DNA from: Hormiphora californensis
Lineage: Eukaryota; Animalia; Ctenophora
Direction of reading: 5' to 3'
DNA: 64,000 bases
NCBI GenBank assembly: GCA_020137815.1
Contig: CM035352.1
Coordinates: 2,790,001 to 2,854,000 of the forward strand
A program made the translations under genes and the position numbers. Under the pieces are notes generated by a model. The model had not been told where the DNA came from. It saw only the letters and a program-made list of their open reading frames with translations, and searched no databases. This document shows positions 13,350 to 25,900 of this stretch, in pieces. Within the stretch, counting starts at the first letter, position 1. Each line of letters opens with the position of its first letter.

Positions 13350-15043
13350 CTATCCCTCGGCATTGTAGTCACAGGCGATATACTCGTCCTCAACATCACA
13401 ATATCTGGGTTCACAGGTCCTCCACCTAGAGGAGAGAGAAAGGAGTTAGATAGGTGAGAGAGACACACAGACAGTGAGAGATAAAGAAAGAGGGAGAAAT
13501 GGGAGTTAGTTAGCAGCACTACAAAAAAGAATGCTTGGGACACATACCTGAACTGTTGGCCGTCAGCGGAGCAGTCTCCGGGAAGGTCCCACGCAGAGCA
13601 GTTGCATTCAGGAGCGGGTATAGCCTTGTCATCAGCAGCAGGCTTCTCATCAGCAGGCTTCTCATCAGCTGCAGGTGCAACCTTCTCGTTGTTCTCCTCG
13701 GTTTCTTCGTTAATTCGAGGTTCGGGCTGGGGCTGGCTGTGACACAATTGTAGAGGCCTGGGGGAAAAGGAGGGAGTGAGATGAAGCCATTGAGAAATAT
13801 ATTCTCGAAACACAAGAGGAATATTTCTAGACTACTAAGTGACTGCTCCGGAGACAAAAGATGTGAAGGAACTTACAAGTGGGGAACAAGATCGGGACGG
13901 ACAGTCCAGTGGAGTTTCCTAGACTGAAGGCAGATGAATCCTCCGCATTGCTCTGAAAACATGTTAGCCGTTAGGGTATTGCCAATAAAGCCTAGGTATA
14001 ATTGTGATAGGAAACGACGTTAAAATTGTTAAGATTGAACTTGAGAACATGAAAGTTACACTTACGGACAACTTTGAGGCTGTTCCACACCCACTGTCCA
14101 GAGTTCAACTGAAGGTAGCACCCGGTGACCTTTCCGCCATCACCTAGACCCTCCTCTCCACCGTATTTGGGAATCTCATTCCTGACCTCGGGCTGGCCAT
14201 ATCCTCCTTGCTGGACCTGGGGCTGTTGGCCGTATCCGCCTTGCTGGACCTGGGGTTGTTGGACGTATCCGCCTTGCTGGACCTGGGGCTGTTGAACGTA
14301 TCCGCCTTGTTGGACCTGGGGCTGGCCGTATCCGCCTTGTTGGACCTGTTGGCCGTATCCTCCTTGTTGGACCTGTTGGCCGTATCCTCCTTGCTGCAGC
14401 TGTCCCAAACCTCCATTACCGACTAACCACTGTCCTCCAAACTGCTGCTGGGCTCCAAACTGCTGCTGGGCTCCAAACTGCTGCTGGGCTCCAAATTGTT
14501 GAGGGGCTCCAAACTGTTGGGGTTGCTGAACACCCCATCCCTGCTGCTGGGCTCCAAACTGTTGGGGTTGCTGAACACCCCATCCCTGCTGGGCAGCACC
14601 CCATCCCTGTTGGGGAGCACCCCATCCCTGCTGGATCTGTGGGTTCCAACCTCCGTTCTGTGCATTGTTTCCACCACCGTACTAGAGAGAGGGGGTAGTG
14701 ATAGGAAAGGGGGTGATAGGAACTTGTGGGGAGTAAAATTGTCACACAGTCCTCAGAGAGGGAAGCTAAATTACAGAGAAAGAGGGGGAGATTCTTACCT
14801 TGGGGGCTCCGTAGACGGCCTTGCCAGTTTTCACCTTCTTATTGTACTTCTTGGGCTTCTTCTCCGTTGGGGCGACAGTTGCAGTAGATGTAGGGGAGCC
14901 AGTGGTACCGGTTGTAGGGGTGCCAGTTGTAACCGGCAGTTGCCAGTAGTACCGGAGGAGGTAGACTGGGATGAGGTTGAGGTTGATTGCCCCCTCACCA
15001 AGCATGGTACGATTACCAAGGTCAAAAAGAGAGTTAGCCTCAT
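13350..15043 (-). CDS. Secreted low-complexity protein: signal peptide, Thr-rich stretch, Q/G/aromatic repeats (QQGWG, QQFGA, QQGGY) and a C-terminal Cys-rich TSP1-like motif
   Basis: Signal-like start MRLTLFLTLVIVPCLVRG; apparent frameshift near 14940; repeat exon ~14682-14065; later exons give CNCSAWDLPGDCSADGQQFR|WRTCEPRYCDVEDEYIAC. Stop at 13350-13352. Confidence 0.7.
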
Positions 15044-15077
15044 GATGAAAGTCTGCCGATGTTGTGGCGTGACGGTG

Positions 15078-15084
15078 TTTTATA
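15078..15084 (-). promoter_or_regulatory. Candidate TATA box for the secreted repeat gene
   Basis: TATAAAA on the - strand about 35-40 bp upstream of the ATG at 15043. Confidence 0.4.
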
Positions 15085-15657
15085 CATACCATGATCACCA
15101 GATTTGTTGTGTCTAGACAGATGGGAGGAGGAAATAAAACATGGTTTAAAAGTTTACAGGTACGTCAGCAACATTGACGTGTCGTAGCCCGTAGGATCTT
15201 TGGATTTATCGAGTGTGTGTGTGTGTATGTGATATATGAGGTAGCAGCTGTGTGCGAGTATGGGCCTGATAGGGAGAGAGGGGGTGTACAATACATGGTA
15301 ATCGTATTGAAACTACAGAGATAGAGGGACGACTGTGTGTATGTACCAGACGAGACTGAGCATGATATTCAGGGTAGAGATACAAATAGAGTGATTGCTG
15401 GTTGATCACTTCTACACAGACAACCGAGAGAAAAGTTATGTGCAGTGTTTTTTTGGAGTAAGGGTAATTTATGTTTGCTATTATATATTATGTTGAATGT
15501 ACGGAAAATGTTGAGTCATTTAGTTGTGTGTTTGTGTGATTATGTGACTGTCACAATTAATTCTTCCAATTTCGTTTCACCCCAACAACAAGACCCTGAT
15601 TTCTCTTCCCCTTATTGTCCAAACTCCCATGTTATCTAAACTCTAATATTTATAGCC

Positions 15658-16672
15658 ATGATAATAAGAAACTCCCTCCTCCTGTCACGGGTCCTGCCCC
15701 TGACAGCCCGTGCTCTAGCCTCTTCCTCCAATATCCCCGCGGCCAAGTCAGTGGACCCCAACTCACTCGCTGCCAGGACGGGGTACGATCTGGAGAACCC
15801 AGGGAAAGTTGGGTCTCGTCTACCCGGTAAATACAATGAAGTATGATGAAGCGTGTTAGGTGCTTAGTGGACTATACCAAGCCCCTCCCCAAGTTGATAC
15901 ATTCATTGTATTTGTCTGCCATCTCCGAACCGGAACTGTGTAGCGTGAGCATAGAAACAGTCATGTCATCACAGTGATAGCACTAATTCCCGTTCAGATA
16001 TTGCAAATAACACGGGAGAGTATGCCATCACGAAACTAGACCATCTCTTTAACTGGGCTAGGAAGAACTCAATGTGGCCCCTGACATTCGGACTGGCTTG
16101 TTGTGCTGTAGAGATGATGCAGAGCGCGGCTGCCAGGTAACAGCAATCTTTTATCACAATCTGTTATCATAATCTGTTATCATACCACAATCTGTTATCA
16201 CAATCTGTTATCACAATCTGTTATCATAATCTGTTATCATAATCTGTTATCATATCACACAATCTGTTATCATAATCTGTTATCACAATATATTGCTGGT
16301 TGAAATTATAAATCCTCTGTTATCAGGTACGATTTTGACAAGTTTGGTGTTGTGTTCCGGGCGAGTCCCAGACAGGCTGACGTTATGATTGTAGCGGGCA
16401 CACTGACAAACAAAATGGCGCCTGCCCTCCGGAAGTGTTACGACCAGATGGCAGATCCAAAGTGGGTGATCTCAATGGGGTCATGTGCCAATGGGGGTGG
16501 TTACTACCATTACAGTTACAGTGTGGTGCGGGGATGTGATAGGGTAGTTCCTGTAGATATATATGTGCCTGGGTGTCCACCTACCGCTGAGGCACTACTC
16601 TATGGCATCCTGCAGTTGCAGAAGAAGATCCAGTCTGAGAGGAGGGTCCTACATTACTATAGGAGGCAATAA
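15658..16672 (+). CDS. NDUFS7: NADH:ubiquinone oxidoreductase subunit S7 (PSST), 3 exons
   Basis: Mitochondrial presequence-like exon 1 (15658-15826); exon 2 [23 protein letters not shown]; exon 3 [32 protein letters not shown]...[12 protein letters not shown]...[15 protein letters not shown]. Confidence 0.97.
16157..16290. repeat. 13-bp tandem repeat (AATCTGTTATCAY) in NDUFS7 intron 2
   Basis: About 9 copies visible. Confidence 0.85.
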
Positions 16673-16924
16673 GAAGTGATTGTTTGGAAATAGTTAATTG
16701 AGAGACTACTGTAATGTGATAAACACTTAAAATGAGATGTGTATAATTGAGAGGCCCTCAGTTAAGTTATTTTGAATGTACACACATCTTCACTTTTTGC
16801 TAAATAACCACAGTGTTTTAATTAACTCTCCAACCACCCTTCTCTCTTTCTTTCGCATTCTTGCCATTGCCTAAACCCGATCCTCTTTCTCTATCACATC
16901 CCCAACCTCCCTCCTCCCCTAGTT

Positions 16925-19900
16925 ATGTCTGATGATGACTATATGTGCGATACAGATGAAGACTACGATCTTCAGTATAGTGATGAAGAGGAGGAAGATG
17001 AGGAAGATAGTGTGTTAGAGAACCAGTATTACCAGAGCAAAGCCACCAAGGAGGACTCACTAACGGTACATACCTCCTAGCATATCCCCTATCATCTCCC
17101 GCTAGTTTTTGGGTTTGGACTACTACTGCACACCCCTCTAGTACTCACACTATAGGTTGAGAGTACAAGAGTGGGGGGATGCTATCGCTAAAAAGTAAAA
17201 ATGTTTCATGTTCTATTGTTCAGGACGCCTTGGAAGGCTTTGCTAAGGTGATAGAACTCCAGACGGAGCAAGGAGAGTGGGGATTCAAAGCACTGAAACA
17301 GATGTTAAAAATAAACTTTAAATTAGGTGAGTGAGATATATCTCCGTTTTAGATATCCCCGTACAGATCTCCTTCAGTAATATAATGGGGTTACAAATAG
17401 TTAACACCCAATCCCAGGAAGTTATGATGAGATGATGATACGATACCGGGAACTCCTTACCTACATTAAGAGTGCAGTGACCCGGAATCACAGTGAGAAA
17501 AGCATCAACTCTATCTTGGATTACGTCTCAGTCAGTAAAAACGTACGTTCATGATATTCTTGTTTAATTCTTCCGTTGTCAGATCCGTCGCTGTTAACCT
17601 AGTCATTGCGGCTGCTACTACTTTCGGGCTGATCATCCTCCAGATGCAGCAATCACAATCAACTAATTATACAGTTCTTACAAACCCCTTGTTGTGCACG
17701 AAATATAGTATAGCTAGGTAACTCGTTTTAACGATATAATTCCTCACTTTTCAGATGGTACTGCTGCAGGAGCTTTATGAGACTACTTTAGTAGCCCTTC
17801 AGCAGGCTAGAAATGAGCGGCTCTGGTTCAAAACCAATACCAAGCTAGGTATGTGAACCCCCTAATACTGGTTTACCTTGATCGTATCGACACTCACTGC
17901 CAAGAGTTAGAACAAGGTTTACCAATACACATCACATATCCTTTCAGGGAAGTTATATTTTGACCTGAGAGAATTTTGCCAGTTACAAAAAGTGATCAAG
18001 GAATTACATGCAGCGTGCAAAAACCAGGATGGTACTGATGATCAAAAGAAAGGTATTTGAAAATTAGGGCACAACCACCCCCCCCCCCCCTCCAATCACC
18101 ATCGCTCATATTTTGTGAATTTCTTCTGTACTATTTCAACCTTACATGTTGTTTTATCCATCACCACTACATTGATAGACAGTTGACAGTTGCAGTACTG
18201 GTTATAGCTGTAATTACAGCCACTTCAGGTAGTTCTGTGGGGCAGGTCATGTCACACTATTGGGAGGTTTAACAACGTAAGGCGCCATTCCTCACAAGTA
18301 GGGGTCTGTGCGCGGTGCGCGCGCTTAGTAGCACTCACTCTGTCTCACACACGCAACGAGCACACGGCTTTTTTGAAGACGCATCGTTTTGGGCGGCTTA
18401 AAAGTAATATAAACTCTGTTTAACAGCATAAAAACAAAAGTAAAAAACATCAGCAAGTACTAGTTTTTCTATTAATTTTAAGTATGTTTCTCTGACTATC
18501 GTCTTTAGAAGGCCCTGGTACTGATGTATTTCTCCGCACTAAATCAGGACTAGCAGGAGATATATCTGTTGGGACACCCACTGAGGCCACACAGGAGGGT
18601 TGGCCACCCACCTGAGGGACATAAAGAAGTTAACATTTTGAGAGGGAACAAACTATTCATAGAATCTCAAAAAAGTAATTGGAGCATAGTTACTTACCCT
18701 AAATTTACGGATGCTCTTTTTCACAACACTCCCTATAGCGTCATCATACAGCAAGGGATTAATAACAGAGTTTATTGGCAGTAGAATGGTAGAAAATAGG
18801 GAATACCAAGGCTGGGCATCTAGTATCTCCCCATAGTGCAACAAACACACTATAGTAAAGGGTACCCATGTTAGAAAGTCTGTCAGGATTATAACCCCTA
18901 CTTTGATCTGCAGCACCCTGTTTCTCTTCCTGCCTAGTTCCGAGGTCGAGCTGGTCTTAGCGTAACTGTAGACCATCAGGTAGCACACTGAGATGATGAC
19001 AAAACAGGTGAAGTCGAGGATTAGGACGAAGAGGGAGAAGCTGACTTGGGAGTCGGTGGATTGTACTAGGTACTTGAAGAGGCAAACCCCAGAGTTTCCG
19101 TAGAAATGAACTTTTTCACCTTCCACCGCTGAAGAAGAAATAGAGATTTAGTGGGGATTTAATTGGATGTCATAGTTTGGTTAAATGGTATATAAGTATC
19201 TTTAGTTTTGACTTAACTGTTCTGAATGACTGACCACTAACAAAAACACTAACAAATCCACTAACATTTAGTAAGACTTACTGCGGGTGTGTTTAGCCTT
19301 GTTGGAGCTGTTAAACATGCCATTAACAAAGTACCGGATATCATCCCAGGGCAGGTTCCCCTCTGTCGAGAACCTTCCATGGTACCCCCTCATGACATCA
19401 TAGTGTTTAGTCTTGGTGACACTAGCGGTAAACAGGGGTATCCCCTCATAGTACAAACCGTTCACAAAGACGTCTTCCCAAGCTGTCACCAAGGGAACGA
19501 GAGCTATGAAAAGGGAGAGTGACACCACTAATATCACCACTAGAGATAGTCTGACACGGGAACTGACTGCATTGATTGTCAGCCTGTCGTTAGTTTTTAG
19601 TGTTACTGTTTCCAGTCTGTACATGCTGAAGAATGTCATTGCAAAGAGGGACAGTTGAGATGCAGCTGTTGAGATGACCCCTAATGCTGCACACTGATCA
19701 CTAATCAGCCACTTGAACCTATCCCTACAGTACTGTTCTCCCATCAAGGCATCCTTGATCGATATCCAGAGGAGGTAGACCCCCATTAGTAGATCTCCAA
19801 GTGCAATTAACAACACCATTAGTGACGTCATAGCAACCCTGTACAGTTTGATCCTCTTCCAATTACCCAGATTCTTAACAATGTTGATAGTATTGAAGAA

Positions 19901-22900
19901 CACTGAGAATCCTCCCATTGCCCAGCTAACAACCTTCAGACTCAGCCTCTCCAGTATCTCTCTATCTCCACAATCTGCGTTACATTCGTCCCCATAGTCA
20001 TCACAATCAAACTGTTTATCACACTTGTAACTGATGGGGATATATTCCGCTCCCTCGCTGTTACCACACTTGAAGTTGTTGATACAGTGTTCCTCGTCAC
20101 TACCATCACCACAATCATTCACCAGGTTACAGACCTTCTCAAACGGGATACAATCCCCGTTGTCACAGAGAAAATGGTCGTCATAGTAACGAAGTTCCCC
20201 GTACCGCTGGACTTTCTCCAACAGGGTCATTTGGTTGTCTGGTCGGATTGAGTAAACTGAACTCTTCTTCAGATTGGCACATGAGTCATGGGACTGTTTA
20301 GATGTATCAATAGGGCATGTAATGTTGTTCTCACACATTCCCATACAGGCCAGGTAGACATAGTTCTCGCCAAAGTGATGGCTGCAATCGAAGGTCCGGC
20401 CCACAGGCACCATAATCTCAATATCAGTCACACCGAATGCCTTCACCCTCTCCCTTATCTTACTCTCGCACTCCCCATCAAACCTGGTCCTCCACTCATC
20501 CATTCCTTTGAAACAGTGAGGCAGGATCTTGTGATCCAATTTGAAGGATGGTTTTATTGTGTTCCAAGTGTCAGGTTGGCGTCGTGCCAGATCACACAAC
20601 TCGTTCTCAAAGGAGCACGTGTTGATCCTATCACATAACTCACTCATCTTTATAAAGCCCTCCTCGTTGGGACATATCAGGGTTTTCTCGCATGTTGCCC
20701 CCTCCCGGGGTTCCACATAGAATCTCAGTGTGTACGTAACATCACACCTCAGCCACTCACTCTCATTTTCATCACTCCCATTTACACAATCCTGGACCCC
20801 ATCCATAACCCAGGACATGGGTATAGGTAGTGGTATACTGGCCAGTATCCCTGCTGTCTGGTTCACCCTCCTAACACACATCTTCTCTATGGTATGGTCC
20901 CCACAACCCATCTCGTCTCCCCCATTATCACAATCCCAAGCACCATCACACAGGTGATTCTTATGCTGCCGACAATCCACCTCAGCATCAACGCAGATGT
21001 TCTGATACCCATCTGCACAGAGGGAGTAATTCTGGCATATTGCCATGGTGGACAGATTCAGCTGGTTGCCATGGTAACCATGGTTACCAGTACACACGGT
21101 GGCAATACGGCTCAGGTCGGTGCAGTTGATCTGGTCTCTCCCGTCATCACACACGTTGACACCCCACTCAGACAATGGAGGCTGGCAGATCTGTTGGGGT
21201 ACAAGTTGTCTTGTGTAGGACTCTGATTTGTAGTTGAACTCGCAGCTCCTGTTTAGTTTCAGATGCTCTGTTCTGCACCACGACCACATTTCACTCTTCT
21301 CCTGAGTTTCTCCCGGACACACTGTTGTCCGAAGGTACACAATATCGTCAGGGATACAAAGAACTACACTGTGTGTATAGGTCCAGTTGGCTCCGCTGGT
21401 GTTGCAGTCCCAGCCGTAGTTGACCCCGTTACAACTACCCTCGTCTACACAGTCGCTGCAGTCACAGTTTAGATCGCACACCTGGAAAGTCAGTCTTGAA
21501 TGTTACGTCAGTCTTGAATGTTACGTGATTGGTGACTCTTGACAACTTGGATGTGCTAGGAAGTACATGACTCTTGGATGTGCAATGTGCAGTACATGAC
21601 AGGCCAGTGATCCTTACCTGGCTCATTTTAATATCTCGGTAAATGTCACTTTCACTCTTGTTGCACCGGAACATTGTCTCCTGCTCCACAGCTGTAGACT
21701 CAGCCGAAATTTCAAGTTGACATTCAAAGTTCTCCGTTATGTCCGTGTTCAAGCATGTCTCATCTGCGTTACACAAGTATTTATTGTTGACGTATGAACC
21801 AGCTCCATACAGTTGCAGTCCACTTGGATCATAGCAGACAAATGTACCACATTGCATTATGTAGCTGTCATTACTGGAGTCTTCAGCGTATTCGTTGCAG
21901 ACACCTGGGAATGGAAAATATTAGTCAGATAGCCGCAGAATCAAGCCAGGTAGCCCGGCCGGATGAAGCATGAGCAGCAGAATCTGTCCTATTTGAGGGT
22001 TTTGTGAGCTTAAAACATCCACAACTCTCAAACCTTTCTCGGTTCCGTGCCCGCAGGGTTGGTAGAATGTGGTATCTCCAGGACAAGCTCTATCATAACC
22101 CTGGAGGAAGCACTTAAAGAAAGAACCCACTGCTGCATAAAAATCAACCTCAGAATTAGGGCACCTGCGGGAGGAGACAACTGTTGGGATGTGAAAACTC
22201 TGAACTCAAGGTGCCTTTTACTGTGTGTAGTTATTGTAGCAGTTTAGTCGATACAAGCCGCATACCTGAACCAGTCGACGTCGTCATAGTAACACACGTA
22301 TTTCAGGTATCCAGGATGATCCTCTCCTACTCCAATTTCTTTTGTCGTACAGTTCTTCAGTTGATCATCTGAAGGGAAATTTAGTGAATAAAGTCTGATT
22401 TTATTGAAGTTGTCACCCCAAACTACATTATATTTAGTGAATGATAGTTGAAAACAGAATATGATGGCTGTAAATTAAACACTGCACTGGGGACTATAAC
22501 TGTTGATACTGGGTACATTTGGTTTCATGTTTACCTCTGGGATGGTTCAGCATGGAGAATTTGGTGTTTTTAGATAGCATCCAAGCAACGTTACCAGTTT
22601 GCCAATAGGTCTTTGATTGAACAGTCCGGTACAATATGCCATACGAGCTCAGCTCTACCTAAACAATTTATCTTCTTAGTTTCCGTCCGGATTCTTCATT
22701 TATTCGATTAAGGCTAGAGGGTCGAGGGGTCTAAAACAGGGTGTGAACTGCATGTCGTGTTTGCTAGTCGCGAGCGCGCTTGCGAGACAAGCAAACACGT
22801 CAAGGTTCATTAACAAGCATGCTGCTCAGTCATTTTAGATTTAATACACAATGTAAGGATACCATGTAATAGGTGAGACTCTTGCCGTCAGGCGTCACCC

Positions 22901-25900
22901 TCGTTCAAGTCCCGTGAAAAACGGAGCAGTACACGCAAACTGATGCCCATTTTCCTCGCGTGACCCCGATTCAGCAGTTTGAGACACCAACTCTTTAGGG
23001 GGCCATATCTCAGGAACCAGACAAGATAGGAAAAATCGCCGTCTAACGAGGCGTACAGTTTTTAATCTAGTTTACCACTGTACCGGCCGTTTCACTCTCC
23101 GACCTAAAACAAAAATCGCAACCCCACAAAACTTCAAAATAATGAAATTCGCATCTCGCATGTCGTGTTGCATGTCGTGTTGCATGTCGTGTCATGTTAT
23201 TGACGCGCTCGCGTTCAACTCTCACACAGCAGCTGCAGAACATGGTGGGAAACATCGAGGAGTAGAGAGAGGGTCGGTGCCGAATCAAATATTTCTTGAT
23301 CTTGATCTAATCCATCTCTCAGCTATCCTACCCCTCATCAACTCGATCTCTCAGCTACCCTACCCCTCATCTACTCCATCTTTCAGCTACCCTACCCCTC
23401 ATCTACTCCATCTTTCAGCTACCCTACCCCTTATCTAGTCCATCTCTCAGCTACCCTACTCCTCATCTACTCCATCTCTCAGCTTCCCTATTAGGGAAGC
23501 ATAGAGATGGAAACGATTAGGGGTAGGGAATCCCTATCCATAATCGTTTCCATCTCTATGCTTCCCTAGCCCTCATCAACTCCATCTTTCAGCTACCCTA
23601 CCCCTAATCTAGTCCATCTCTCCGCTACCCTACTCCTCATCTACTCCATCTCTCAGATACCCTACCTCCCATTTACTCCATCTCTCAGCTTACCTACCTC
23701 CCATTTACTCCATATCTCAGCTTCCCTACCTGCCATTTACTCCATCTTTCAGATACCCTACCTCCCATTTACTCCATCTCTCAGCTTACCTACCTCCCAT
23801 TTACTCCATCTCTCAGCTTCCCTACCTCCCATTTACTCCATCTCTCAGCTTCCCTACCTCCCATTTACTCCATCTCTCAGCTACCCAACCTCCCATTCAC
23901 TCCATCTATCAGCTACCCTACCTCCCATTTACTCCATCTCTCAGCTTCCCTACCTCCCATTTACTCCATCTCTCAGCTTCCCTACCTCCCATTTACTCCA
24001 TCTCTCAGCTTACCTACCTCCCATTTACTCCATATCTCAGCTTCCCTACCTGCCATTTACTCCATCTTTCAGATACCCTACCTCCCATTTACTCCATCTC
24101 TCAGCTTACCTACCTCCCATTTACTCCATCTCTCAGCTTCCCTACCTCCCATTTACTCCATCGCTCAGCTTCCCTACCTCCCATTTACTCCATCTCTCAG
24201 CTACCCAACCTCCCATTCACTCCATCTATCAGCTTCCCTACCTCCCATTTACTCCATCTCTCAGATTCCCTACCTCCCATTTACTCCATCCCTCAGATTC
24301 CCTACCTCCCATTTACTCCATCTCTCAGCTTCCCTACCTCCCATTTACTCCATCTTTCAGCTACGGAGCTACCCAACCTCCCATTCACTCCATCTATCAG
24401 CTACCCTACCTCCCATTTACTCCATCTCTCAGCTTCCCTACCTGCCATTTACTCCATCTCTCAGCTTCCCTACCTCCCATTTACTCCATCCCTCAGCTTA
24501 CCTACCTCCCATTTACTCCATATCTCAGCTTCCCTACCTGCCATTTACTCCATCTTTCAGATACCCTACCTCCCATTTACTCCATCTCTCAGCTTACCTA
24601 CCTCCCATTTACTCCATCTCTCAGCTTCCCTACCTCCCATTTACTCCATCCCTCAGCTTCCCTATCTCCCATTTACTCCATCTCTCAGCTACCCAACCTC
24701 CCATTCACTCCATCTATCAGCTACCCTACCTCCCATTTACTCCATCTCTCAGCTTCCCTACCTCCCATTTACTCCATCCCTCAGCTTCCCTACCTCCCAT
24801 TTACTCCATCTCTCAGCTTCCCTACCTCCCATTTACTCCATCTCTCAGCTACCCAACCTCCCATTCACTCCATCTATCAGCTACCCTACCTCCCATTTAC
24901 TCCATCTCTCAGCTTCCCTACCTCCCATTTACTCCATCCCTCAGCTTCCCTACCTCCCATTTACTCCATCCCTGCCTCCCATTTACTCCATCTCTCAGCT
25001 ACCCTACCTCCCATTCACTCCATCTCTCAGCTACCCTACCACCCATTTACTCCATCTCTCAGCTTCCCTACCTCCCATTTACTCCATCTCTCAGCTTCCC
25101 TACCTCCCATTTACTCCATCTCTCATTTATCCTAACATTCCTACCCCTGAGAGATGGAGTAAATGGGAGGTAGGGAAGCTGAGAGATGGAGTAAATGGGA
25201 GGTAGGGAAGCTGAGAGATGGAGTAAATGTGAGGTAGGAAAGCTGAGAGATGGAGTAAATGGGTGGTAGGGTAGCTGAGAGATAGATATAGAGTAAATGG
25301 GAGGTAGGGAAGCTGAGAGATGGAGTAAATGGAAGGTAAGGTAGCTGAGAGATGGAGTAAATGGGAGGTAGGGAAGCTGAGAGATGGAGTAAATGGGAGG
25401 TAGGGTAGCTGAGAGATGGAGTAAATGGGAGATAGGGAAGCTGAGAGATGAAGTAAATGGGAGGTAGGGTAGCTGAGAGATGGAGTAAATGAGAGGTAGG
25501 GAAGCTGAGAAATGGAGTAAATGGGAGGTAGGGTAGCTGAGAGATGGAGTAAATGGGAGGTAGGGAAGCTGAGAGATGGATCAAATGGGAGGTAGGGTAG
25601 CTGAGGGATGGAGTAAATGGGAGGTAGGGAAGCTGAGAGATGGAGTAAATGGGAGGTAGGTAAGCTAAGAGATGGAGTAAATGGGAGGTAGGGTATCTGA
25701 GAGATGGAGTAAATGGCAGGTAGGGAAGCTGAGATATGGAGTAAATGGGAGGTAGGAAAGCTGAGAGATGGAGTAAATGGGTGGTAGGGTAGCTGAGAGA
25801 TGGAGTAAATGGGAGGTAGGTAAGCTGAGAGATGGAGTAAATGGGAGGTAGGGTAGCTGAGAGATGGAGTAAATGGGAGGTAGGGAAGCTGAGAGATGGA

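Noticed and set aside
14416-14680. GW repeats as Argonaute-binding hooks
   Set aside because: The protein has a signal-peptide-like N-terminus, so a cytosolic Argonaute-hook role is unlikely unless the N-terminal frame is wrong.
14208-15116. Leu-rich + strand ORFs that look like LRR proteins
   Set aside because: Antisense shadows of the Q/G repeat exon on the - strand.
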